This document shows, in pieces, positions 10,510 through 20,594 of a stretch of DNA of 64,000 nt. The notes beneath the pieces are model-generated. The model worked only from the letters and a program-made list of their open reading frames with translations. It made no database searches and was not told the DNA's origin. The number at the start of each line of letters is the position of its first letter. Position 1 is the stretch's first letter. This stretch comes from Candidatus Omnitrophota bacterium (GTDB lineage Bacteria > Omnitrophota > Gorgyraeia > Gygaellales > Profunditerraquicolaceae): positions 222,855 to 286,854 of the forward strand of contig JBAZJY010000002.1 in NCBI GenBank assembly GCA_041651115.1, written 5' to 3'. The position numbers and the translations under genes are program-made.

Positions 10510-10781
10510 AGTTCACGCCGTTTGCAAAAAAAGTTTATAAGGCCGTATCCGGCATTCCTCTTGGTGAGGTGCGCACTTATAAATGGATCGCCAGGAAGAT
10601 CGGCCATCCCAAGGCCTGCCGGGCAGTAGGGCAGGCGCTGAAGAATAATCCTTACCTGCTGATCATTCCCTGTCACCGCGTGGTTGAATCCAGCGGCAGG
10701 ATCGGCGGGTACCGCGGCGGGGTAAAAATGAAAAAACAGCTCTTGGAATTAGAGAAGCAAATCAAGAAACTTGTGATATAA
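10506..10781 (+). CDS. ogt: Methylated-DNA--protein-cysteine methyltransferase, DNA-binding/active-site domain
   Basis: 91 aa with the PCHRV active-site motif (LLIIPCHRVVESSGRIGGYRGG). Confidence 0.75.
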   Translation: MKFTPFAKKVYKAVSGIPLGEVRTYKWIARKIGHPKACRAVGQALKNNPYLLIIPCHRVVESSGRIGGYRGGVKMKKQLLELEKQIKKLVI

Positions 10782-10810
10782 TACCTGTATTATTGTTTGA
10801 AGGAGGCCAA

Positions 10811-11884
10811 ATGGAAATAAAAAAATACCTTAAATTGATGATTGAAAAAGACGCCTCGGACATGTTTTACCGCGCCGGAGCGAATGTGCGCATGCGCATT
10901 GATGGAAAAGTCGTGCCCGTGGGCGACCAAATCATCAGCCTTGACGAGATCAACGATTCTGTCAAAGAATTGACTTCCAGCGAACTAAAGGGTTTTTTCC
11001 AGAAGAACCTCGACGTAGATTTCGGCGTTTACCTGCCGGAACTTGATCACCGTTTCCGTATCAGTATCTTTATGCAGCGCAACTGGCCGGTAATGGTGGT
11101 GCGCAATATCCGTTCGCATATCCAGACTTTTGAAGAGCTTAATTTGCCGGTAGATATATTAAAGAAGCTCTGCATGGAAGCGCGCGGCCTGGTGCTTTTG
11201 ACCGGCAGTATGGGCAGCGGAAAATCCACTACGCTTGCCACGATGATCGACTATATCAATAAGAACTGTCAAAAACATATTCTGACCATAGAAGAGCCGA
11301 TCGAATTCACTTTCGCGGATAATAAAAGCGTGATCAACCAAAGGGAGCTTAATATTGACGTGATGTCTTATGACGCGGCGCTGCGCGGGTTTACTTTGCA
11401 GAGCTCGGACGTCATCTATATCGCCAATATCCGCGACCATGAGACCATGGCTGCTGCCCTTACTGCCGCGGAAACCGGGGTCCTGGTGCTGAGCACCCTG
11501 CATACGGTAAATGCGGCAAAGACCATTGAAAGGATCGTTAATTTTTTCCCGCCCTATCAGCACAGGGAAGTGAAAACGCAATTATCCACTTTGCTCAAAG
11601 GCGTAATTTCATTAAGATTGGTGCCGTTAAAAGACGGGCCTGGCCGCGTGCCTGCTTATGAATCCATGGTCCTTACTCCTACAATAAGCCGCCTGATCCG
11701 GGAAGACAGGCTGGGAGAAATAACTCCGTTTATTGAAGACGGAAGCGTCTTTGGCATGCAGTCGTTTACCCAGTCGCTGGTAAAGCTGGTAAAAGAAGGA
11801 AAGATAAACGAGGAAGACGCCGCTACGATTGCCGACAGCCGCGACGAATTTATCTTGGCGTTGAAAGGGATTAAGCAGGTATAA
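10811..11884 (+). CDS. pilT: Type IV pilus retraction ATPase PilT
   Basis: Walker A GLVLLTGSMGSGKSTT, Asp box and His box as in the PilT/GspE family. GGAGG RBS before the ATG at 10811. The ORF track starts earlier, at 10793. Confidence 0.85.
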   Translation: MEIKKYLKLMIEKDASDMFYRAGANVRMRIDGKVVPVGDQIISLDEINDSVKELTSSELKGFFQKNLDVDFGVYLPELDHRFRISIFMQRNWPVMVVRNIRSHIQTFEELNLPVDILKKLCMEARGLVLLTGSMGSGKSTTLATMIDYINKNCQKHILTIEEPIEFTFADNKSVINQRELNIDVMSYDAALRGFTLQSSDVIYIANIRDHETMAAALTAAETGVLVLSTLHTVNAAKTIERIVNFFPPYQHREVKTQLSTLLKGVISLRLVPLKDGPGRVPAYESMVLTPTISRLIREDRLGEITPFIEDGSVFGMQSFTQSLVKLVKEGKINEEDAATIADSRDEFILALKGIKQV

Positions 11885-11901
11885 TTTTAACGGAGGCAGC
11901 C

Positions 11902-13003
11902 ATGTTAGAGGAAATAAAATCAAAGTTATCGTTGATGGAGGCAGGGCTTGAACAGTTAAGAGGTTATCTTTGACATAGATAATAAGCAGAAACTGATCAA
12001 TGAATTTTCCCTGCGCATGTCCCAGCCTGGATTTTGGGATGACAGCGAAGGCTCCTCAAAGCTGGTAAAAGAATTAAAGATACTAAAATCAACGGTTGAG
12101 CCGTGGCAGGCGGCAGTAAAGAAATATCAGGAATTAAAAGAGCTGGCAGACATTCTAAAGGCTAACGATGAAGAGTTGATCGTCGATCTTAGCCGCAATG
12201 CCGAAGCGCTTTCAGGAGAAATAGAAAAACTGGAATTTGCCACGCTCCTCGGCGGAGAATTAGATGCAAACAGCGCGATTTTAAGCATTAATGCCGGCGC
12301 CGGCGGCACAGAGTCTTGTGATTGGGTAGGCATGCTTTTGAGGATGTACAGCCGTTGGGCAGAGGCCCGGGGATATAGCTTTAAAACCATAGACATACTC
12401 GAAGGCGAAGAGGCAGGCATAAAAAACATTACCGCCCTTATCGAAGGAGATTTTGCCTACGGCTATCTGAAGGCAGAACGGGGCGTGCACAGGCTGGTAC
12501 GCATTTCGCCGTTTGACTCTAATAAGCGCAGGCATACTTCTTTTGCTTCCGTGGATGTCATTCCCCAGATCGAAGGCGATACAGAAGTAAAGATCGAAGA
12601 TAAAGACTTGAATATCGAGACCTACCGCGCTTCCGGGCCGGGCGGCCAGCACATGCAGAAGACCGATTCGGCAGTGCGCATCACTCACCTGCCCACGGGT
12701 TTAGTTGCCCAATGCCAGAATGAGCGTTCCCAGTTTCAGAATAAACAGACCGCTCTCGGAATATTGCGCGCGAAGATCTTTGAGCTGGAGCGGCAGAAGC
12801 GCGAGGAAGAACTGCAAAAGCACTCTTCAGAAAAGAAAAAGATCGAATGGGGCAGCCAGATACGTTCTTATGTCATGCATCCCTATACGATGGTCAAAGA
12901 CCACCGCACGGATTTTGAGACCGGCGACGTTAACAGCGTGATGGACGGCAAGATAGACGCCTTTATTGAAGCGTACTTAAAATACCAGAAGCAAAACAAA
13001 TAA
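11902..13003 (+). CDS. prfB: Peptide chain release factor 2 with programmed +1 ribosomal frameshift
   Basis: The frame-0 ORF ATG 11902 to TGA 11971-11973 encodes [23 protein letters not shown]. The canonical shift site AGAGGT-TAT-CTT-TGA-C is present. The +1 frame continues DIDNKQ...through the GGQ motif ([19 protein letters not shown]) to the stop at 13003. Confidence 0.9.
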
Positions 13004-13008
13004 TTAAA

Positions 13009-15924
13009 ATGCTGAGTTTTATCAAAAAAACGATCCTTATAAACAGGCAGAACAAGATCAGCCGCAGGTTCCCCAAAGTCAATATCAGGCTGCACGCAGA
13101 GATGTCTGCGCCTTCCATGCAGAAAATGATCAGCGTGGCCCGGGCTGTGGATAAGGTCAATTCTTTTGAGCCCGGCCTTGTTGGGCTCTCCGACGCAGAG
13201 CTCAGCGCGAAAACAAACGCCTTTCGCGGGATTATTCTAAAGAAAGCCAAAGAGCTGGATCCGGAAATTCATGGCTTGGAAGAAGCGCTTGCCGAAGCAG
13301 CCATCCCCGAAGAAAAACAGAGGATAAAAGAGCGTATTAAGCTTACGCGCAATAAGATATTTGAAGACGTCCTGCCTGAAGCGTTTGCTGTGGTGCGCGA
13401 GGCATCCCGCCGCACCATCGGCCTGCGCCATTTTGACGTCCAGATCGCAGGCGGCATTGTGCTGCATGAAGGAAAAATTTCGGAAATGGCAACCGGCGAA
13501 GGAAAAACCCTTGTTGCCACTCTGCCGACTTATCTTAACGCCCTTCTGGGCAAAGGCGTGCATATTGTTACGGTCAATGATTATCTGGCGCGCAGGGACC
13601 GCGAATGGATGGGCCCGATCTACGAATTCCTGGGTTTAAGCGTTGGGGTAATCCAGCACGATATGTCTGACGAAGAGCGAAAGCTGGCATACGGCTGCGA
13701 TATTACCTACGGGACGAATAACGAATTCGGCTTTGACTACCTGCGCGATAATATGAAATATTCCATGGAAGACCTTGTGCAGCGGCCGTTCTATTTCGCG
13801 ATTGTTGATGAAGTAGATTCAATATTGATCGATGAAGCGCGCACCCCGTTGATCATTTCCGGCCCGGCGGAAGAATCCACGGATAAATATTATATCGTTG
13901 ATAAGCTCGTGCCCCGGCTCAAAGGAAGAAAGATCCTGGAAAGGGATGAGATCGCGGCAAAACACCGCGGCGAGGACCTCTCAAAGGGTTTTGATTATAT
14001 CGTGGATGAGAAATCGCACAGCGTATATTTAAGCGAGGAAGGCGAAACAAAGGTCTGCTCCATGCTCGGGGTTGCCAATCTTCACGATATTGAAACGATG
14101 GAGTGGCGGCATCATGTGATCCAGGCGCTGCGCGCGCATAACCTGTTTGAAAGAGACGTGGATTACGTAGTTAAAGAAGGCGAAGTGATCATTGTTGATG
14201 AATTTACCGGTAGGATGATGCCCGGCAGGCGCTGGTCAGACGGCCTGCATCAGGCGGTTGAAGCAAAAGAGGGGATGAAGATCGAGCGGGAAAACCAGAC
14301 GCTGGCCACGATCACCTTCCAGAATTATTTCCGAATGTATGAAAAATTAGCCGGCATGACCGGCACTGCCTTTACCGAAGCAAGCGAATTCAAGACTATT
14401 TATCAGTTGGACGTAGTAACTATCCCGACGAACAGGAAATTGATCCGTACCAACTATCCCGACAGGATCTACCGCACGGAAAAAGAAAAATTCAACGCCG
14501 TAGTTGAGGAAATTGCCGAGCTTTATAATTCCGGAAAACCCGTGCTGGTAGGCACAATTTCAATAGAACGGTCAGAGCGGCTTTCAGAAATGCTCAAGCG
14601 CCGCGGTATAGCGCATCAGGTATTAAACGCAAAATACCATGAGATGGAGGCGCAGATCGTTGCCCAGGCAGGCCGCTTCAGGGGAGTTACGATTGCCACA
14701 AATATGGCCGGCCGCGGGACAGATATCCTTTTAGGCGGCAACCCGGAATTTATGGCCCGCAGCCTGATCAAAGAAAAGCTTGATCCGGAAAGCCCGGATT
14801 ATCAGGAGGAATGCCGCAAGATCATAGATAAATACAAAAAAGAAACTTCAACAGAACACGATAAAGTAGTTTCTCTCGGCGGGTTGCATGTTCTGGGTAC
14901 AGAGCGTCATGAAGCGCGCAGGGTGGACAACCAGTTACGCGGCCGCTGCGGCCGTCAGGGCGACCCGGGTTCCTCAAGGTTTTATGTTTCACTGGAAGAC
15001 GAGCTGATGCGGCTGTTCGGTTCCGACAGGATGATCGGGTTGATGGATAAACTCGGCCTTGAGGAAGGCCAGGTGATTGAACACCCATGGGTAAGTAAAT
15101 CCATAGAGATTGCCCAGCGCCGCGTGGAGCAGCATAATTTTGAGATCAGGAAGCAGCTGCTTGATTATGATAACGTGATGAATAAACAAAGAGAAGTTGT
15201 CTATACCCAGCGCCGCGGCATATTAGAGGGAATTTCCCTGAAGGAAAACATATTAGGCATCATAGATAGGGCGGTTGAGGATATGCTTGCGTTGTATGCG
15301 CCGGCAAATCTTACTCCGCAGGAGTGGGATACCGCGGGTTTGATCAGCGCGGTAAAATTAAAGTCCGGCATTGAAGTTGATCCGGTTAAATTAGACGTTG
15401 CCGGAAAGGATATCAAGCAGAATCTCTCCGATATAATCTCCGCCGAATATGACGCCAAGGAAAGTGCAGTAGGCCAGGGCTTGATACGCCATCTTGAACG
15501 GATGGTATTTTTACAGATCATTGATGCGAAATGGAAAGACCATCTTTACGCGATGGATTCTTTACGCGAAGGCATTGGCTTACGCGCCTATGGCCAGCGC
15601 GATCCATTAGTTGAATATAAGCGCGAGGCATTTGATATGTTTTCCCAGATGATCGCCGCGATCGAAGACGAGGCAATCGAGGCGATCTTTAAGTTGCAGC
15701 CGGCAAAGCATGAGCGGTTCCGCGGGGTGTTCAGCCAGGTCTCCCAGAATTTAGTGCATCCGGAAGCTATAAAGTTCCAGGCCCCCCAGCAGCAAGAAGC
15801 AGGCCCGGCCCCGGAAGAAAAACATAAGCCTAATATCCCGCAGCAATCCCATCCTAAAGTCGGCCGCAATGATCCCTGCCCGTGCGGTTCGGGCAAAAAA
15901 TACAAAAAATGCTGCGGCAAATAA
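13009..15924 (+). CDS. secA: Preprotein translocase ATPase SecA
   Basis: 971 aa with DEAD-motor motifs ([29 protein letters not shown]). C-terminal zinc finger [14 protein letters not shown]. Confidence 0.97.
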   Translation: MLSFIKKTILINRQNKISRRFPKVNIRLHAEMSAPSMQKMISVARAVDKVNSFEPGLVGLSDAELSAKTNAFRGIILKKAKELDPEIHGLEEALAEAAIPEEKQRIKERIKLTRNKIFEDVLPEAFAVVREASRRTIGLRHFDVQIAGGIVLHEGKISEMATGEGKTLVATLPTYLNALLGKGVHIVTVNDYLARRDREWMGPIYEFLGLSVGVIQHDMSDEERKLAYGCDITYGTNNEFGFDYLRDNMKYSMEDLVQRPFYFAIVDEVDSILIDEARTPLIISGPAEESTDKYYIVDKLVPRLKGRKILERDEIAAKHRGEDLSKGFDYIVDEKSHSVYLSEEGETKVCSMLGVANLHDIETMEWRHHVIQALRAHNLFERDVDYVVKEGEVIIVDEFTGRMMPGRRWSDGLHQAVEAKEGMKIERENQTLATITFQNYFRMYEKLAGMTGTAFTEASEFKTIYQLDVVTIPTNRKLIRTNYPDRIYRTEKEKFNAVVEEIAELYNSGKPVLVGTISIERSERLSEMLKRRGIAHQVLNAKYHEMEAQIVAQAGRFRGVTIATNMAGRGTDILLGGNPEFMARSLIKEKLDPESPDYQEECRKIIDKYKKETSTEHDKVVSLGGLHVLGTERHEARRVDNQLRGRCGRQGDPGSSRFYVSLEDELMRLFGSDRMIGLMDKLGLEEGQVIEHPWVSKSIEIAQRRVEQHNFEIRKQLLDYDNVMNKQREVVYTQRRGILEGISLKENILGIIDRAVEDMLALYAPANLTPQEWDTAGLISAVKLKSGIEVDPVKLDVAGKDIKQNLSDIISAEYDAKESAVGQGLIRHLERMVFLQIIDAKWKDHLYAMDSLREGIGLRAYGQRDPLVEYKREAFDMFSQMIAAIEDEAIEAIFKLQPAKHERFRGVFSQVSQNLVHPEAIKFQAPQQQEAGPAPEEKHKPNIPQQSHPKVGRNDPCPCGSGKKYKKCCGK

Positions 15925-15925
15925 G

Positions 15926-15957
15926 GTGTCAGGTGTCGGGTGTCAGGTGTCAGGTCG
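15926..15957 (+). repeat. Short tandem repeat (GGTGTCAG-like unit, about 4 copies)
   Basis: GGTGTCAGGTGTCGGGTGTCAGGTGTCAG lies directly between the secA stop and the lnt start region. Confidence 0.6.
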
Positions 15958-17474
15958 GCGGGAGAATCCCTCTTTTATTAGCCGTTCTTTCCGGTTTATT
16001 GTTAGCGATTCCCTTTAATTACGGTAGATTATGGATTTTTGCCTGGTTTGGATTTGTCCCGGTATTTTTTGCGTTGAACAACAAATCTCTTAAGCAGGCA
16101 TTTTTCCTTTTTTTCACTACCGGGATAATTTTTTGGGCAGGCACTATCTATTGGCTGGTGCATGTTACTTTAGCCGGGACCATTGTCCTTGTTTTATATT
16201 TATCCCTGTATTTCGCGCTCTTTGGCCTGATTATCCGTCCCTGCACTAAAAGTTCTACGCCATACGCCTTGATATTTATTCCTTCGGTTTGGGTATTGCT
16301 TGAATATGCCCGCGGCCACCTGATGACGGGTTTCCCTTGGGCAATCTTGGGCTATTCTCAGTATCTTAACCTTCCGGTGATCCAGGTCGCGGATATTACC
16401 GGCGCCTGGGGTATTTCATTTTTAATCATCATGGTAAATGTGGCGTTGGTTGAGGTGTTAGGTGCTAGGCGGCAGGTAGCAGTATTTTGTATTTTGTTTA
16501 TTGCTGCTGTTTTAGGGTATGGTTACTTTAAGCTTTACCTACCATCTAACACCTATCACCCAACGCCTGTTAAGATCTCCGTTATCCAGGGCAATATTCC
16601 CCAGGAATTAAAATGGGACCCTGATGCCAGAGTCCCCATCGTTGAAAAATATTCAGCTTTAACCAGGCAGGCATCCAGGGATAAGGCAGACCTGATTATT
16701 TGGCCGGAAGCAGCCCTACCGGTGATCCCGCAGGAAGAGCCGCAGTTATTTGAAGAGGTGCGCGGCCTTGCCAAAGATATAAATACCCCGTTATTGCTGG
16801 GCGCCGTTACTTACAGTAAAGGTAATTATTATAACGGCGGCATTTTAATTTCCGATAGCGGCGGGATATCGGGCCAGTATAATAAGATCCACCTCGTTCC
16901 TTTCGGCGAATATATCCCCTTAAGGAAGCTGCTACCGTTCCTGGAAACAGTTGTGCCGATCGGAGACGTGGCAGCGGGAAAGGAATATACCATATTCCAA
17001 ATTCCAAACTCCAAGTTCCGCCATAGGCGGACCAGCCTACGGCTGGCCCAAATTCCAAATTTTTCCGTGTTGATCTGTTTTGAGGACGTCTTTCCGGCAT
17101 TGGCGCGCAGGTTTGTCAGGCAGGGGGCGGATTTCCTGATAAACATAACCAATGACGGATGGTATAAAGAAACTCCGGCAGGGTATCAGCATCTTCAGGC
17201 ATCAGTGCTGCGCGCTGTGGAGAACCGCGTTTTTGTCGTACGCAGCGCCAATACAGGCGTATCGGCTTTTATCGAGCCGTCAGGCAGGATTATTTCTACG
17301 GTACGCGATGCTTCCGGGAAAGAGATATTTATCAGCGGTTATAAAACAGATGATATCCGTTTCGGCGCAAGGCGCTTGAGTCCTTATACGAAATCCGGCG
17401 ATATATTTATTTTAGGGTGTTTAATTTTTGTGATCTACGGTATAATAATGCCTAAAAAAGAAAAACATGTTTAA
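15933..17474 (+). CDS. lnt: Apolipoprotein N-acyltransferase
   Basis: N-terminal polytopic membrane domain plus a C-N hydrolase domain (DLIIWPEAALP, ICFEDVFP). Start is uncertain (GTG 15933 or ATG 15909). The ORF-track start at 15882 overlaps secA. Confidence 0.8.
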   Translation: MSGVRCQVGGRIPLLLAVLSGLLLAIPFNYGRLWIFAWFGFVPVFFALNNKSLKQAFFLFFTTGIIFWAGTIYWLVHVTLAGTIVLVLYLSLYFALFGLIIRPCTKSSTPYALIFIPSVWVLLEYARGHLMTGFPWAILGYSQYLNLPVIQVADITGAWGISFLIIMVNVALVEVLGARRQVAVFCILFIAAVLGYGYFKLYLPSNTYHPTPVKISVIQGNIPQELKWDPDARVPIVEKYSALTRQASRDKADLIIWPEAALPVIPQEEPQLFEEVRGLAKDINTPLLLGAVTYSKGNYYNGGILISDSGGISGQYNKIHLVPFGEYIPLRKLLPFLETVVPIGDVAAGKEYTIFQIPNSKFRHRRTSLRLAQIPNFSVLICFEDVFPALARRFVRQGADFLINITNDGWYKETPAGYQHLQASVLRAVENRVFVVRSANTGVSAFIEPSGRIISTVRDASGKEIFISGYKTDDIRFGARRLSPYTKSGDIFILGCLIFVIYGIIMPKKEKHV

Positions 17475-18621
17475 TATTATTCTGCTTGGGATTACCAGCC
17501 TGCTCACGGATATCTCCAGTGAAATGGTCTATCCGCTCCTGCCGGTTTATCTTGTTTCTGTGCTCGGGGCAAGCCCGGCAATACTGGGGTTGATCGAAGG
17601 CATTGCTGAAAGCTTAGCCAGCCTGCTGAAGGTATTTTCCGGATATTTTTCCGACCGGATAAAGTTACGCAAGCCTTTTACGATCTTTGGTTACGCCGCT
17701 TCGGGAGTCGGCAAACTCCTGCTTTATGTTTCCACAAGCTGGGGCTATGTCCTGTTCAGCCGCATAATTGACCGTTTTGGAAAAGGCATACGCACTGCTC
17801 CGCGCGACGCGCTGATTGCCGACAGCTCTAAAGAAGGAAAAAAGGGCGCGGCATTCGGCTTGCACCGGGCAATGGATACGCTGGGCGCGGTTATCGGAGT
17901 TACGATAGCGTACTTATTGCTGACAAATTTTAAAGGTAACCTGAAAAATGTTTTTTTTCTTTCCATTATCCCGGCAATTGCCGGCGTACTTTTTCTGTTT
18001 TTCGTAAAGGAAAAAAAATCCGCCCCGCGGGAAAAACAGCGGGAAATGCCGCAGTTGAAATGGGGTTCGCTGGATAAGCGGCTTAAACTGTTCCTGGTTT
18101 TTACTTTCGTATTCACGCTGGGTAATTCTTCCAATCAGTTCCTGCTCTTACGCGCAAAAGAAGCAGGCAATCCTTTGCCGACAGTGATCCTGCTCTACCT
18201 TGTTTATAACCTTGTTTTTTCCCTGGTAAGCTATCCCGCGGGAAAGCTTTCGGACAAGATCGGCCGGAGGAAGCTTCTGGTATTAGGATATCTTTTTTAC
18301 GGCTTGGTATACCTGGGTTTCGCGTTGAATCATTCTCCGGCGATGTTCTGGTTTTTATTCGGCATTTACGGTATCTATACCGGGTTTACCGAAGGCGTGG
18401 AGAAAGCATTGGTCACGGATATTGCGCCGCAGAACCTGCGCGCTACGGCCATTGGTTTACACGCCACGCTTGTGGGAATAGGCCTGCTTCCGGCATCTTT
18501 ATTCGCCGGATTGCTTTGGAAATACATCGGGCCGCAGGCAACGTTTTATTTCGGCAGTTTTATGGGGATAGCGGCAAGCATCGGCCTTTGGTTTATCCTC
18601 TCGGAGAAAAAGCATGCGTAG
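17467..18621 (+). CDS. MFS transporter
   Basis: 384 aa with 12 predicted TM segments and an MFS N-terminal signature. Confidence 0.7.
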   Translation: MFNIILLGITSLLTDISSEMVYPLLPVYLVSVLGASPAILGLIEGIAESLASLLKVFSGYFSDRIKLRKPFTIFGYAASGVGKLLLYVSTSWGYVLFSRIIDRFGKGIRTAPRDALIADSSKEGKKGAAFGLHRAMDTLGAVIGVTIAYLLLTNFKGNLKNVFFLSIIPAIAGVLFLFFVKEKKSAPREKQREMPQLKWGSLDKRLKLFLVFTFVFTLGNSSNQFLLLRAKEAGNPLPTVILLYLVYNLVFSLVSYPAGKLSDKIGRRKLLVLGYLFYGLVYLGFALNHSPAMFWFLFGIYGIYTGFTEGVEKALVTDIAPQNLRATAIGLHATLVGIGLLPASLFAGLLWKYIGPQATFYFGSFMGIAASIGLWFILSEKKHA

Positions 18622-20083
18622 AAAAATATTTTTTGCTTTAGTTTATACGGCATTGCTATTGACCTGTGCCTTTGCCGCGGAGGATACGCAGTCGCCGCTA
18701 GCGTTGAATACCCGGCTTTCCATTATCAGGAATATCGAGCCGATCAGGAGCAGCGACCGTATCCTTATTCTTGCCCCGCATCCGGATGATGAAGCAATAG
18801 GCTGTGCCGGGATCATCCAGGCTGCAGCGGCAGTTGGCGCGGACACGCATGTGCTGTATCTTACCAACGGCGATAATAATGAATTTGCTTTTATAGTTTA
18901 CGATAAAAGAATACCGGTCATGCCAAGCGAATTGGTCCGCTTAGGAGAGGTGCGGCGCAGCGAAGCAATAAAGGCGATGAAAACGTTTGGGGTTGACGAA
19001 TATAACCTTATTTTTCTGGGCTATCCGGATTTTGGCACTTTTCAGATCTTCAAGGATTTCTGGGAAGAAGGCAAGCCGTATAAGAGTATGCTCACGAGGA
19101 AGCGCAGTGTTCCTTATAAGAATGACCCGTCTTTCGGCGCTCCTTACATAGGTCAAAGTATTTTAATGGATTTAAAAAATACGCTGTTGCGCTATAAGCC
19201 GAATAAAGTTTTCGTCTCGCATCCGGCGGATTTAAACCGCGACCACAAAACCCTTTACCTTTTCCTGGAAATAGCGCTTGCCGATCTAACCGCTGAACTG
19301 CCGCGGCCAAGGGTATACCACTATTTAGTCCATTGGAGGGCCTGGCCAATGCCAAGGCATTATCACCCTGAACTCCCCCTTCTGCCGCCGGACCAGTTCC
19401 GGCCTACGGCTTCGGATATCCGTTGGTTAAAGTACAGGCTTACGCAGCAGCAGGTGAATAATAAATATAAGGCTATCCTTGTTTATAAAAGCCAAACCCA
19501 AGTCAGCGCATTTTATCTTTTAGCTTTTGGCCGTAAAAATGAATTATTTTCCATTTATCCCGATATAAACGTTGATATAGCGCCGCAAGCCGCGGAGAAA
19601 AAGAAAGTCTCGCTGAAAGACAGGATTGGAGAAAAGATCAGCGCGTTTTTCGGCTTAAGCGGAAATTTTGAGCAAGCAGGCCAGAAAGTCGCTGTTGTGC
19701 AAAGGCAGTGCCCGGTTGTTTACGGCAGTGAGGATAACTGCCTGTTGATCAGGATGTATAAAAGGAAAGATATCGGCCGCACGTTAAAAACCGTGATTTA
19801 TCTGTTTGGCTACAGCAGTAAAACTCCGTTTGGCCAAATGCCAAAGATACTTATACTTACCAAACACACTCGCTTTAAAATGCTCGACGGTAAAAAGGTG
19901 ATCGTTCCGGAAGGCATTGATATACAGATAAGCCCGGAAGAACTGACTGTTAAGATCCCCTTCAGCGTGCTGGGCGATCCGGATTTTATCCTCGCTTCTG
20001 TCCATGGCAATGGCGGGGTTTCCTGCCCGGATACGGTTAGTTTCCGGAAGATTAACATAAGGAGAAAAATCGATGGAATTTAA
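18614..20083 (+). CDS. PIG-L/LmbE-family N-acetylglucosaminyl deacetylase with about 220-aa C-terminal extension of unknown function
   Basis: Signal peptide, then LILAPHPDDEAIGCAGII...HPADLNRDH (PIG-L motifs). The C-terminal half has no recognisable domain. Confidence 0.6.
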   Translation: MRRKIFFALVYTALLLTCAFAAEDTQSPLALNTRLSIIRNIEPIRSSDRILILAPHPDDEAIGCAGIIQAAAAVGADTHVLYLTNGDNNEFAFIVYDKRIPVMPSELVRLGEVRRSEAIKAMKTFGVDEYNLIFLGYPDFGTFQIFKDFWEEGKPYKSMLTRKRSVPYKNDPSFGAPYIGQSILMDLKNTLLRYKPNKVFVSHPADLNRDHKTLYLFLEIALADLTAELPRPRVYHYLVHWRAWPMPRHYHPELPLLPPDQFRPTASDIRWLKYRLTQQQVNNKYKAILVYKSQTQVSAFYLLAFGRKNELFSIYPDINVDIAPQAAEKKKVSLKDRIGEKISAFFGLSGNFEQAGQKVAVVQRQCPVVYGSEDNCLLIRMYKRKDIGRTLKTVIYLFGYSSKTPFGQMPKILILTKHTRFKMLDGKKVIVPEGIDIQISPEELTVKIPFSVLGDPDFILASVHGNGGVSCPDTVSFRKINIRRKIDGI

Positions 20084-20555
20084 AAGCGTTAAGATCAAAA
20101 AACCCGAAGATGTAAATTTTATTTTTGGCCAGAGCCATTTTATCAAGACGGTGGAAGACCTGCACGAGGCGCTTGTCGCCAGTATGCCGGAAATAAAATT
20201 CGGTTTTGCTTTTGTGGAATCATCCGGCGCCTGTAAGATCAGGTCCGAGGGCAATGACCCGGAATTGAAAAAAATGGCGCAAGAGAATGCCATGGAAATC
20301 GGATGCGGCCACAGTTTTATCATATTTTTAAGGCAGGCATATCCAATCAACGTATTGAACGCGATCAAGGCGATCCCGGAAGTATGCGCGATCTATTGCG
20401 CCACTGCTAATGCCGTTGAAGTGGTTATCGCAGAATCTGATACGGGCCGCGGAGTAATGGGTGTCATTGACGGCTTAAAGCCTAAAGGCATTGAGTCTGA
20501 AGCGGATATAGCCTGGCGCAAGGGCCTATTGCGCAAGATCGGGTATAAATTATAA
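20073..20555 (+). CDS. Adenosine-specific kinase family protein (PF04008-like)
   Basis: 160 aa. N-terminus MEFKSVKIKKPEDVNFIFGQSHFIKTVEDLHEAL resembles this archaeal-type family as I recall it. Confidence 0.45.
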   Translation: MEFKSVKIKKPEDVNFIFGQSHFIKTVEDLHEALVASMPEIKFGFAFVESSGACKIRSEGNDPELKKMAQENAMEIGCGHSFIIFLRQAYPINVLNAIKAIPEVCAIYCATANAVEVVIAESDTGRGVMGVIDGLKPKGIESEADIAWRKGLLRKIGYKL

Positions 20556-20594
20556 TTCCTTGTAAATCTTAGGCGATTTGTTAGAATAGCGAAG

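Noticed and set aside
15882-15932. ORF-track start of lnt at 15882
   Set aside because: It would overlap the last 43 nt of secA in another frame and encodes a non-membrane, basic leader. A start within or after the tandem repeat fits the expected Lnt N-terminus and an AAGGTG SD better.
15926-15957. Possibility that the GGTGTCAG tandem repeat is a CRISPR array
   Set aside because: Units are only 7-8 bp with no spacers and no cas genes. It is a simple microsatellite-like repeat.
19784-20368. 194-aa minus-strand ORF spanning the PIG-L / adenosine-kinase-like gene junction
   Set aside because: Antisense to two plus-strand genes with recognisable domains. No RBS, no motifs.
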